From Bacteroidota bacterium (lineage in GTDB: Bacteria; Bacteroidota; Bacteroidia; Bacteroidales; VadinHA17), in assembly GCA_016718875.1 (NCBI GenBank), contig JADKBL010000003.1, positions 199,027 through 263,026 of the forward strand: a stretch of DNA of 64,000 bases. The letters are read 5' to 3'. The notes below the pieces were generated by a model, which saw only the letters and a program-made list of their open reading frames with translations, made no database searches and had not been told where the DNA came from. Positions 47,912 to 57,000 of this stretch are shown here, in pieces. The position numbers and the translations under genes were made by a program. Every line of letters begins with the position of its first letter. Position 1 is the first letter of the stretch.

Positions 47912-48778
47912 TCAAATCTCAATATCATACTCCCCAAGTTTTAGTAGGATGGCATTTACATTTCCGCAACCATAATAAATTACAGGCAGGTTGTGCCGGT
48001 GGCATTCATCAATAATTTCCTTTACCCAGGGACGGAAATATTCGCGCCAGTATTCAGGATCAAAGAGCATGGAATTTTTATATGCCACATCTCCCCAAAT
48101 CACAAATCCGTCGAGAAGTCCTTCCGCCGCTTTTATCTGGGCCCTGGTACTGTCCAGATAAAACTGGCCTATCCTGTTTATAACACTGCCAAGCCGGTCC
48201 GGGTACATCCCCAGCCAGAAAAGGAAATTCTCCTGCCCGATAAGACGGGTAAGACATTCAGAACATTCAATTATACTGCCGTAAACAGGGAAATCGGGCC
48301 TAAGCTTTCTTACAGTATCTATCCATGGCTGTGAATTTCTCTCAAATCCGTCACCTACTCCTGCAATCTGGTTATCACCTGCAGAAAAAAATCTTCTCGG
48401 ATCGGCAGGATCATCAAAGACAAGATTCTCAAGTTTCTCAATTGTATCGGTATCGAAGGCAATCCACTCCGGCATGGGAAAATCAAAGCGTTTTCGTATG
48501 GTTGCCAGGAATCCTGTTTTTATCACCACCTCCTCATTGTTTTCACGTACAGTTTCAAATGGTCTGATAAAAGGATCCATATTAGGTGTGGTCACGATCC
48601 AGTCGAGATCATAATAGTTATATGGACTGGCATCTTCAGGGAGTTTAAGTTCCTCCCTCCACCTGCGGATAAAACTACCCCAGAAAAAATCACTTATCGG
48701 AACCCTGTCAGGCTCCTGGTGATTTAAAGCCTTGTTCATCCTTTCAATCTTGGCAAGACAGTTTGCAGTACGATTCAT
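47912..48778 (-). CDS. URO-D (uroporphyrinogen decarboxylase)-like TIM-barrel protein, apparently C-terminally truncated
   Basis: 288 aa. The N-terminus KALNHQEPDRVPISDFFWG is URO-D-like. The ORF ends ~15 aa after the YGCGNV strand, whereas the paralog-type gene at 55501-56757 continues ~110 aa past HSCGAV. Confidence 0.55.
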   Translation of the reverse strand: MNRTANCLAKIERMNKALNHQEPDRVPISDFFWGSFIRRWREELKLPEDASPYNYYDLDWIVTTPNMDPFIRPFETVRENNEEVVIKTGFLATIRKRFDFPMPEWIAFDTDTIEKLENLVFDDPADPRRFFSAGDNQIAGVGDGFERNSQPWIDTVRKLRPDFPVYGSIIECSECLTRLIGQENFLFWLGMYPDRLGSVINRIGQFYLDSTRAQIKAAEGLLDGFVIWGDVAYKNSMLFDPEYWREYFRPWVKEIIDECHRHNLPVIYYGCGNVNAILLKLGEYDIEI

Positions 48779-48779
48779 A

Positions 48780-51209
48780 TCAGAATGATTTTATAATAAT
48801 CTCTTCACCTTTTTTAGTATCCCTGACAATTTCACCTTCCGGTGTCACAATAGTGAGCTTATTTCCGGCCTCACTTATTATTCTCACATTTTCGATTTTG
48901 CCGTTTCTCATTCTGGCACTTATCAGGAAAGCACCGGCAGCCCTCAGGTTATGAAACTCAGCATCCTTTTCTGCGGGCCACTTCGGGAAGAGACGGATAC
49001 TCCCGTTGTAGCTCTGCATCAGGCATTCATTGATGACGACAGGAAGTGCAAAGTTTTCGAACCACACACCCATATGATCCATGAAGCCATAATTCCCGAA
49101 ATCGTTATACCTGCCATGAACCTGCATTGCCCGATCGGCTGCAGTTCCATTTGGAAGAAGCGAATAGTTTATCTGTCTCTTGAATTTTTCAAGGTCAAGC
49201 ATTCCAATCCTGGCTGCCTGCAGGTTCTTAAATACAAGATCATTGCCCCCTTCATTCTGCTGATTAAGAAATGTATTTTTCACAAGTTCAATCGTTTCCG
49301 GATCGGAATGAAGTCCATGATCCTCTCCCGGGAAAACCGATATCAGGGCATTTGGGACATTGTAAACTACCTGGTCGTGCTCACCCGGTACTGATACTAT
49401 CACCTTCCCGAATTTTGACGACTGAGCTGTGGGGTATTCCGGGAAATTGGCAAGTATATCAGTTACATCGGAAAGAAGGGAAGCCTCAGTCTCCTTAAGT
49501 TCAAGGACTTTTACCGCTTCCAGGTATGCTTTGAAGATGAATTTTATAAGAGTGAGATCGACTGTGCAATCATAGTTGTACTTAAATCCGGGCCTCAGTG
49601 CATACAGCTCAGGTGGGATTGTGGGGAATACATGGTACTTTTCATCGTTCCACTGCGGACCCCTGGCTTCCGGTCTTTTCATATAAGCTACCAGAAACTC
49701 AACAGACTCTTTTATTGGCTGATATCCCCTGTTTTTAAGATACTCCTTATCGCCCGAATAGAGATAGTGCCACCATAATCCCTGAACTGCCCACGGGGTT
49801 TCACAAATTTCCCAGCCCCAATGAGGAACAGGGTATGGATTCATTGTCATATCAACAGGATAACCGGTATGAGGAAAATATGCCCCCGGAAGGTTATAAT
49901 ACTCCTTTGCCCATCGCCGGCTAACATCCATAAGGAATTCAATAAGGCTGACATAAGAGAGATTCTTTTCAAGATGATTGCTTGAGAATGTCACCCAGAA
50001 AGGCTGCTGGGTATTGTAATTCATATGATAATCGCCATGCCATGCGGTCCCGATATTATTATAACTCCAGTTGGCAAAGAGCCCGGGAGTGGTAACACCC
50101 TCTTTAACTGCACAATTAAGGAAATAAAGATTGTTATACCAGATCCGTTCAAGGAATTCATCCTGAAGAGCAACCCCCGATTTGTTCCAATACTCTTTCC
50201 AGATCAGAGTACTCTTTTCAAGAGATGATTCAAAATCCATAACAGCAGGTTCAGGAAGATTATCCGGAACCTCCGGAAGAGAAGAATTCAATCCCTCCTC
50301 AAGAGATACATAGCCGGTAAAACCTGATTTATCAGTGATGGATGCTTCAAGTTTCCCCATGCTCTCCTGGTTACCATCCCAGTTTATCCTTGAGGTTTTA
50401 ACAAGATCTGATTTTACTTTTACTGCCAGTGAAAATGCCTTATCTTTCGGGTGGCCTTTTTTCAGGTCATACTCATCCGGTTCCTGGTAAGGAAGAACCT
50501 GTCTGAATGAAAGGGCTCCTGCAGTGAGATCTTCCATGTAACTGTAAGCAGGAAATTCCTTAGGTGTTGATGGATCTGGCATAACACGTACTCTGTCAAA
50601 AATACTTTCAGCAGGATTTCCGTTTTCGTCTGTGAGCCTCATCCAGAGTTTATCACTATTAAGGTCAGTAAACAGACGGAGTGTTAATTTCTTCTTTTCA
50701 CTTGTTAAAAGATATACTTCGCACAGACCATTGGAAATATCAAGTTTGTGCCCCAGAAGTTCAGCATTTCTCAGGTCAAATCCCAAAAGGACAGACCCAC
50801 ATGGAAATGGCCTAGGGTATGGCTTTCTGTAATTTTCGGCTGCCATTATACTGTATTCTGCATACCAGGGATCATCAGTCAGAAGTGCCAGAGTATCAGA
50901 TATTGATTTTACTTTATTGAAGACATAATCAAATGTCTTTACCTTTTCCCTGTTATCCTCAGCTACTCGTATATCCCAGACATTATTATGTCCGAAATAA
51001 ATTACAATCGCATCAGGACGGGTAGTAACAACTGCACCTATGCCTCCGTTGCCCAGCAGTGCCCCGTCGAAGAAGTCAATTGCAGGCTTGTTCAATCCTA
51101 TCGAATGCAGCCTGGCACGGTCGAAAGATGAGAAATCATCTCTGGATGAATCCTTACTGCAACCGGTAAGGAAAAGAGCAATAAGAATCGAAAGAAGAGT
51201 TTTTTTCAT
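48780..51209 (-). CDS. Lipoprotein glycoside hydrolase, GH95-like (alpha/alpha)6 fold
   Basis: 809 aa with lipobox LTGC. The N-terminal LLGNGGIGAVV and the central GDYHMNYNTQQPFW resemble the GH95 N-domain and the NxNxQMxYW catalytic-region motifs. Confidence 0.55.
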   Translation of the reverse strand: MKKTLLSILIALFLTGCSKDSSRDDFSSFDRARLHSIGLNKPAIDFFDGALLGNGGIGAVVTTRPDAIVIYFGHNNVWDIRVAEDNREKVKTFDYVFNKVKSISDTLALLTDDPWYAEYSIMAAENYRKPYPRPFPCGSVLLGFDLRNAELLGHKLDISNGLCEVYLLTSEKKKLTLRLFTDLNSDKLWMRLTDENGNPAESIFDRVRVMPDPSTPKEFPAYSYMEDLTAGALSFRQVLPYQEPDEYDLKKGHPKDKAFSLAVKVKSDLVKTSRINWDGNQESMGKLEASITDKSGFTGYVSLEEGLNSSLPEVPDNLPEPAVMDFESSLEKSTLIWKEYWNKSGVALQDEFLERIWYNNLYFLNCAVKEGVTTPGLFANWSYNNIGTAWHGDYHMNYNTQQPFWVTFSSNHLEKNLSYVSLIEFLMDVSRRWAKEYYNLPGAYFPHTGYPVDMTMNPYPVPHWGWEICETPWAVQGLWWHYLYSGDKEYLKNRGYQPIKESVEFLVAYMKRPEARGPQWNDEKYHVFPTIPPELYALRPGFKYNYDCTVDLTLIKFIFKAYLEAVKVLELKETEASLLSDVTDILANFPEYPTAQSSKFGKVIVSVPGEHDQVVYNVPNALISVFPGEDHGLHSDPETIELVKNTFLNQQNEGGNDLVFKNLQAARIGMLDLEKFKRQINYSLLPNGTAADRAMQVHGRYNDFGNYGFMDHMGVWFENFALPVVINECLMQSYNGSIRLFPKWPAEKDAEFHNLRAAGAFLISARMRNGKIENVRIISEAGNKLTIVTPEGEIVRDTKKGEEIIIKSF

Positions 51210-51382
51210 AATTAGTTTAAAGTTTTACATCGCCCATTTCATTTCCGTCAGTCTGATAATTGTCTTTTTTAAAGGAATGTGTTACTAAAACAGATGTTTT
51301 CATGCTAAATATAAAGAAATTATGTGTTAAATTTAAATGTGATAATTTTGTTTATCTGAACTACTTACCTGAAATTACAGAC

Positions 51383-52576
51383 ATGAATAAGATGAATCAT
51401 TCAAAATCACTTGGAAGAAGGGAATTCCTTCAGAAAAGTTCCATGGCAGCTTTGTCAGTTCCTATTCTGAATTTTTATAACTCTGATACCCAAAAGAAGA
51501 AAAGTCAGGAGCAGGTGAAACAGGAATGGAAAAACAAGCAGGAAGGCATGGTTTACAGGCAGCTTGGAAGGACCGGTCTTATGGTTTCAGAACTGGTTTT
51601 CGGAACCGAAAGGAATAATCCGGATAATACACGACCTGTGGAGCTTGCGTTTGAAAAAGGCATCAATTATTTCGACACTGCTCCATCATACAACAAAGGA
51701 TTGGCTGAAGCTACACTGGCAAAGGTATTTAACACCCCATCAAAAAGGGATAAAGTTTTTATTGCAACAAAGGTTACTCCATTTTATACAACCAGAAACA
51801 GACTGTACAAGGAGATATTTGATAAGCTTCAGGCCTCAGAACAGGAAAAAATTATGACTAAAGCCAAAAGGCTCCGGCTGGAAAGTGGAATTGAAAAACC
51901 TGAATACTTCATGGTCTACTGGCCGGGTCAGCAACAGCAGATGGATGGAGCTTTTATAAGTGATGCCATGAAGGAGGAATATGGCGACAGGGTTGAAAGA
52001 AGTCCCGAACTAAAAAATGCCATAGTAAAAAGCGTTGAAGAATCACTTCAGAGAGCCGGTACCGACTATTTTGATGTTCTCCATTGCCCTCATGCCGCCG
52101 CAACTTCTGAAGAGATAAGGAATCCATTGATCATTGAGACGTTTAATGAACTCAAAAAGCAGGGCAAGGTTCGTTTCCTTGGCTTCTCCTCTCATCATGG
52201 AATGGGCGAACTGATCAAAACAGCAATTGAACTTGAATATTTTGATGTGATAATGCTGGCCTATAATGTTATAAATCATGCTTTCCTTGATCATATTCTT
52301 ACTGCTGCCAGGGAAAAAGGTATCGGACTGATAGCCATGAAGGCAGCAATGGCTGTTGCAACTCCGTATGATCCCATCCAGGTCCCGGTGCCGGAATGGA
52401 GAGTCAGCAAGCTCAACAAAATAATTCCGGAAGAGATGAAGCTGCAGGTAAAAGCATTCCTGTGGGCACTTCAGAACCAGGATCTTTCTGCAGTTAATGC
52501 CGGCATGTTTACTGAAGAAATGGTCCTTGAGAACCTGACCGCTGTTGGAAGGAAAATTGAACTTAATCTGGCATAA
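51383..52576 (+). CDS. Aldo/keto reductase with twin-arginine (Tat) signal
   Basis: I place the start at MNKMNHSKSLGRREFLQKSSMAALS (ATG at 51383). The AKR core includes GINYFDTAPSY and FLGFSSH. Confidence 0.82.
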   Translation: MNKMNHSKSLGRREFLQKSSMAALSVPILNFYNSDTQKKKSQEQVKQEWKNKQEGMVYRQLGRTGLMVSELVFGTERNNPDNTRPVELAFEKGINYFDTAPSYNKGLAEATLAKVFNTPSKRDKVFIATKVTPFYTTRNRLYKEIFDKLQASEQEKIMTKAKRLRLESGIEKPEYFMVYWPGQQQQMDGAFISDAMKEEYGDRVERSPELKNAIVKSVEESLQRAGTDYFDVLHCPHAAATSEEIRNPLIIETFNELKKQGKVRFLGFSSHHGMGELIKTAIELEYFDVIMLAYNVINHAFLDHILTAAREKGIGLIAMKAAMAVATPYDPIQVPVPEWRVSKLNKIIPEEMKLQVKAFLWALQNQDLSAVNAGMFTEEMVLENLTAVGRKIELNLA

Positions 52577-52587
52577 GGTCAGTCTGA

Positions 52588-55434
52588 TCAGTTATTGGCT
52601 GACAAAGACCTTATCCGGCTTAACTCAACCTCTGTTTCAGGACTGAATTTCTGCGAATTCATATATTCAAGTATCGAACTCAAAAGCTGTTTCGAGACAA
52701 TCCTGTCTTCAGCCATGTTCTTCATATCAATGCTGCAGACAACAATTTTGCCTCCTCCCGTTTTTGCCTCAAATGCAAGTGCCAGCTTCCTGTTTTTGAA
52801 CCAGTCATCAATCGGCTGGATTATTGGTTTGACAGAAACGGGGAAACCGTCAATATTCATAGCCTGCGAATGAGCCACCGGATCCCACCATTGCCAGTTG
52901 CTGTGATATTCGGTGGGGAAACTGCCAAATGCAGGATGTTCCGGATCGCATAAAATGCCCAGTGTATGTGGTGGTTGATTGTTTGTCCAGGCTGTATTCC
53001 AGAAGATGCTTGAAAATCCGATTGCCACCTCAGCACCCTTCCCTTTTGCAACTTTTCCATAAGGTAGATACAGTACTGATCCGCCTTTCTTAAGTGCCGA
53101 TACAGCCGATTGATCAAGCTTGTCTGTTATCAGAACGGAACCGGCTTCAGGACTTTTAGCTGCAGGATATACCCAGATATCCCAGCTGTTATGATAAGGT
53201 GTATTTTCAACAGAGACATCAAATCTAAGTTTCGTTGGTTCAGTAATCTTCTCAAAACCGAATTCGAATGATCCTGTCGGAATACAATTCCCGATTCCGA
53301 TTGAAGCTATTTCTGTTTTCTGTGTTGTAATGGTGTCATTCCTGCTGCTTATCAGTCTGCAGGCTATAACAGAGTTTTCTATTGCCGATCGTCCGAAATT
53401 GGCAATCTCTATCTCCGCTCTAAATGATTCATTGTTACTGAAAACATGCTTCCTTATCCTTGCCAGAGGAACAACAGGATTGCAGAACATTCTGAATTCC
53501 CCGGGTGTAACGTATCCTTTTGATTCAAAGAAGGGATTGAGGATACCAACAAGAGCTGACCCCTGCCCGGGGAAATCGTGCAGCTGCAGAAGATGGAATC
53601 CTGCAAAACCCGGAGTTCTCAGCGCCGCCTCTATATCAGCCTTATAACATAATGCCTGCAGCTTCCCCGAGGCCATAAGAAAATCCTCAGCCTGCTCACC
53701 CATACCCTTTTCCTGAAGTGATTCTCTGAATATTTCAAAATTCCTTGCCTTAAGCACCCCTGTATATTTATCAATCTCTTTAAAATCGGGATATGCACAC
53801 CACTGTCCTATTTCATGACTTACAACCGGAATGCTATATCGTGAGATTATATCCCTGTAATCATACATTGTCTGGGGAGCCTCATGGTTGATTATGCTTT
53901 TTAGGCCTCCACCCCAGGCCTGTATCCTTGGTTCAGGTGAAAGATTGTACTCATTCTCGGGAATGAATGGCCAGCCGGCAGCTGATGTATAAAGATGCCT
54001 GTTATCCTTTGCCTTCCAGTATGTCAGCAGCTTTCCCAGGTAGTCGCTTTGTTTGCTTCCGGCAGGCTCGTTTCCATAGGCAAGCATACAAAATGAAGGA
54101 TGATTGCCGTAGGCTTTGAGAATCCTGTCACCTTCCCTGTAGATATATTCATCGATAATTCCACCTTCACCCAGTTGCGTTCCCTGGTTGGCCCATGATG
54201 AACACTCGATATGAAAGTACATCCCGAGCTTATCAGCAGCAGCAAATGCTGCTTCAGGCGGACACCACGAATGAAACCTGATGGTATTCAAACCGTAATC
54301 TTTGCAAGTCTGAAGAACCTTTTCCCATGATCCTTCATCTGTTGGCGGATAGCCTGTCAGAGGAAAGATACAACATTCAAGGGTGCCTCTCAGAAAGACA
54401 GGAAGTCCGTTTATTTCAAACCGGGTTCCGGCAGCTCTGAATTCCCTCATCCCAAAGTCGCTCTTTTTCACCTGTATCACTCTTCCTTCATGATCTCTCA
54501 GGGTAGCCTCAAGGGTGTAAAGAGATGGTGAGAATTCATCCCATGTCTGAAATTCTTTTCCCATGGGATAATGGATAACGAGCTGAAACTCGCCAGCTTC
54601 TGATACAGCCAGAACACTTTTTGCCTTTACCTTAACGGAACTATTATTACTTACTCCATTCGCTTTCAGGACTATTCTTCCGTTAAATCCTTTCCCCGAT
54701 TTATTCTGAACCGATATTATAACTTTTGCCTTCTTATTCTTAATATCAGGGTAAATAGCAATATCATCAATACAGACTGCAGGTGATGAGTTGAGGCTGA
54801 TCTTTCCTGCAATTCCATTCCAGTTCGACTGGGTATGATCGCTTACACTGTGAGAGTTGACACCGACAGGTACCACCATATCATTATTTACACGGATATT
54901 TATCCTGTTTTTCCCGGCAACAAGAAAATCAGTTATATCATAGTTGTGGGCAACAGCAAGACTGTTCTGCGTTCCTGCTTCCTTTCCATTTACAAAGACT
55001 TTTGTCTCCCAGTGGGGTCTTTCAAGAAACAAAAAAATTCTCTGGCCATTGAACTCCTGAGGTAATTCAAACTCTTTCTGGTACCAGGCAACTCCCCTGT
55101 AATATTTAACCGGCTGCAGCCAGAACGGCACCTTGAAATTTCCGGGTTGCCTGTACCTCTCATATTTCTTCTCCGTAAAGAATGACCTGTCTATTATGTC
55201 TCCTGTCCAGTTTGTTCTGAGTGATACATCATTACCCTTTCCGTTTTCAGCCATTGAGCCCGGAAGCTTAACAGTCTCATTCAATTCTGTTTCATACCAT
55301 TTCTCAGCAACTCCCTGGTCGAGTGAATCAATCCGGAATTTCCATTCTCCTGCAAGTGAGATACTATTTAATTTATCCTCCCTGCTACCGGCACATGATG
55401 TCAGTACCAGCAAAAGAAATAACAGTTTTTTCAT
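52588..55434 (-). CDS. GH2-family glycoside hydrolase
   Basis: 948 aa with lipobox LTSCAG. The sugar-binding domain reads WYQKEFELPQEFNGQRIFLFLERPHWETKVFVNGKEAG. The TIM barrel carries NTIRFHSW and the acid/base motif AYGNEP. Confidence 0.85.
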   Translation of the reverse strand: MKKLLFLLLVLTSCAGSREDKLNSISLAGEWKFRIDSLDQGVAEKWYETELNETVKLPGSMAENGKGNDVSLRTNWTGDIIDRSFFTEKKYERYRQPGNFKVPFWLQPVKYYRGVAWYQKEFELPQEFNGQRIFLFLERPHWETKVFVNGKEAGTQNSLAVAHNYDITDFLVAGKNRINIRVNNDMVVPVGVNSHSVSDHTQSNWNGIAGKISLNSSPAVCIDDIAIYPDIKNKKAKVIISVQNKSGKGFNGRIVLKANGVSNNSSVKVKAKSVLAVSEAGEFQLVIHYPMGKEFQTWDEFSPSLYTLEATLRDHEGRVIQVKKSDFGMREFRAAGTRFEINGLPVFLRGTLECCIFPLTGYPPTDEGSWEKVLQTCKDYGLNTIRFHSWCPPEAAFAAADKLGMYFHIECSSWANQGTQLGEGGIIDEYIYREGDRILKAYGNHPSFCMLAYGNEPAGSKQSDYLGKLLTYWKAKDNRHLYTSAAGWPFIPENEYNLSPEPRIQAWGGGLKSIINHEAPQTMYDYRDIISRYSIPVVSHEIGQWCAYPDFKEIDKYTGVLKARNFEIFRESLQEKGMGEQAEDFLMASGKLQALCYKADIEAALRTPGFAGFHLLQLHDFPGQGSALVGILNPFFESKGYVTPGEFRMFCNPVVPLARIRKHVFSNNESFRAEIEIANFGRSAIENSVIACRLISSRNDTITTQKTEIASIGIGNCIPTGSFEFGFEKITEPTKLRFDVSVENTPYHNSWDIWVYPAAKSPEAGSVLITDKLDQSAVSALKKGGSVLYLPYGKVAKGKGAEVAIGFSSIFWNTAWTNNQPPHTLGILCDPEHPAFGSFPTEYHSNWQWWDPVAHSQAMNIDGFPVSVKPIIQPIDDWFKNRKLALAFEAKTGGGKIVVCSIDMKNMAEDRIVSKQLLSSILEYMNSQKFSPETEVELSRIRSLSANN

Positions 55435-55452
55435 AAAAAGTATAATTTAGAT

Positions 55453-55505
55453 TCTCCGCATCTCCGCCTCACCTCTTCTCCCAGTCTCCCAGTCTCCCCC
55501 TCACC
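55453..55505. repeat. TCTCCSNN octamer array
   Basis: Reads TCTCCGCA TCTCCGCC TCACCTCT TCTCCCAG TCTCCCAG TCTCCCCC TCACC. It runs into the stop codon of the gene at 55501. Confidence 0.8.
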
Positions 55506-56757
55506 TTATCTCCCTTAGCGCTTCAAGCATCGCCACAACATTCCTGAACGGAACATTTGCCTGTACATTATGGATTGCATTGAATACAAATCCCCCGTTA
55601 TTGTTAAGGATTTCACACTGCTTTCTGACCTGTTCCCTGACCTGCTCAGGTGTACCGAAAGCAAAAGCTCCCTGTGTATCAACTCCTCCTCCCCAGAAAA
55701 CGAGCTTGTCGCCGTATTTCTTTTTAAGCACCACCGGATCCATTCCGAAGGCATTGATCTGCACGGGGTTGATGATATCGAATCCTGATTCAATGAAGTT
55801 ATTCATAAGCGATTCAACTGCTCCGCATGAGTGTTTGAATGTTTTCCAGTTTGTATTTGCATGAATCCAGTCATTTACTTTCCTGTAATATGGCAGCCAT
55901 AATCTGTCGTAGGTCTCTCCTGAACAGAAGGTGGAGTTTTGTGTCCCGAAATCAGTTCCGCAGGTGAAAACTACATCAAGCTTATCACCGATTACAGCAT
56001 GGTATCTTTTGAGGTTTTCAATTGCAATATCTGTTTGCCTGTCATAAAGTTCCCTTACAAAATCTTCCCTCATCACAGTAGAGATGTACCACTCTTCTAC
56101 TCCCCTTATACCTTTTGGGTCCTTAAGCTGCATTGCCGGTACAAGGGCTATATCACCAAGTGCTGTTCCTCCGAGAGAGGCGACAACTGCCTTGTTTGCA
56201 AAGGCTGCCTCATCGGCCTGTTTCTTCCAGTACTGAAGGTCACTTTCAGTAACATACCCGAATTCTTCAAGGTTATCCTCTACTTTAAGAGTGGAATCAT
56301 CAACCGGCTTCTGCCTGTCGAGAGCATCGAAAAAATATCCGGTCTTGGGCATCATTGCTGTTGGCGGATATAAGGTATCACCTTCCGGATAAATCAATAT
56401 ATCACCGTTATCATTGTATTTATAGTTGAAATCCCCCGGAAAAAGAACTTCCTGTCCCCAATGGGTTTTGTGTACCTTCCAGTTCTCATTGGCAATGCCG
56501 AACATGTTTTTAAGTCCGTATAATCCTATCACATCAAGATCCATTGCTTTTACAAGCTCGGCATCGATCTCACCCAGCATCTGGTAAGGTTCAATTACCT
56601 TTACCGGGCGCTTTTCAAGACCATAATAATCACGAAGCTTTTCCACAATTAGCACATGTATGCCGGTTACCGCTGTTGATCCGAAATCAACCACAACCCT
56701 GTCGGGCTGCTGGTGATTGATTGTCTTCAGAAAATTTTGTTTTGAGGATGATGACAT
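55501..56757 (-). CDS. URO-D-family TIM-barrel protein (function unknown; MtaA/CmuA/HemE superfamily)
   Basis: I place the start at MSSSSKQNFLKTINHQQPDRVVVDFG (ATG at 56757). The sequence then runs ...FKHSCGAVESLMNNFIESGFDIINPVQ... Confidence 0.72.
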   Translation of the reverse strand: MSSSSKQNFLKTINHQQPDRVVVDFGSTAVTGIHVLIVEKLRDYYGLEKRPVKVIEPYQMLGEIDAELVKAMDLDVIGLYGLKNMFGIANENWKVHKTHWGQEVLFPGDFNYKYNDNGDILIYPEGDTLYPPTAMMPKTGYFFDALDRQKPVDDSTLKVEDNLEEFGYVTESDLQYWKKQADEAAFANKAVVASLGGTALGDIALVPAMQLKDPKGIRGVEEWYISTVMREDFVRELYDRQTDIAIENLKRYHAVIGDKLDVVFTCGTDFGTQNSTFCSGETYDRLWLPYYRKVNDWIHANTNWKTFKHSCGAVESLMNNFIESGFDIINPVQINAFGMDPVVLKKKYGDKLVFWGGGVDTQGAFAFGTPEQVREQVRKQCEILNNNGGFVFNAIHNVQANVPFRNVVAMLEALREIR

Positions 56758-56858
56758 TTGATAGAATTTAAATTTACAATCCGATTTAAAGATAATCGAT
56801 TCCGAATATTTTAACATTTCTTAAAGAAGATTCTTTCCGAATGAATTTCAGTTTGTAG

Positions 56859-56866
56859 TATCTTTG
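56859..56866 (+). promoter_or_regulatory. Candidate -7 promoter box (TATCTTTG) upstream of the HlyD-family gene
   Basis: Exact TAnnTTTG match 135 nt upstream of the ATG at 57001. No clear -33 TTTG at the expected spacing. Confidence 0.3.
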
Positions 56867-57000
56867 CATAATGATTACTGATTATCAGGTACCTGAGCCG
56901 GTTGTATTTAAAACACTGAAATATTAACCCGGCTTTATAAAAAAATGTTATTGACTCTGAAGCCATCATTTGAATAATTGAAATAATAAGAAACAAGAAT

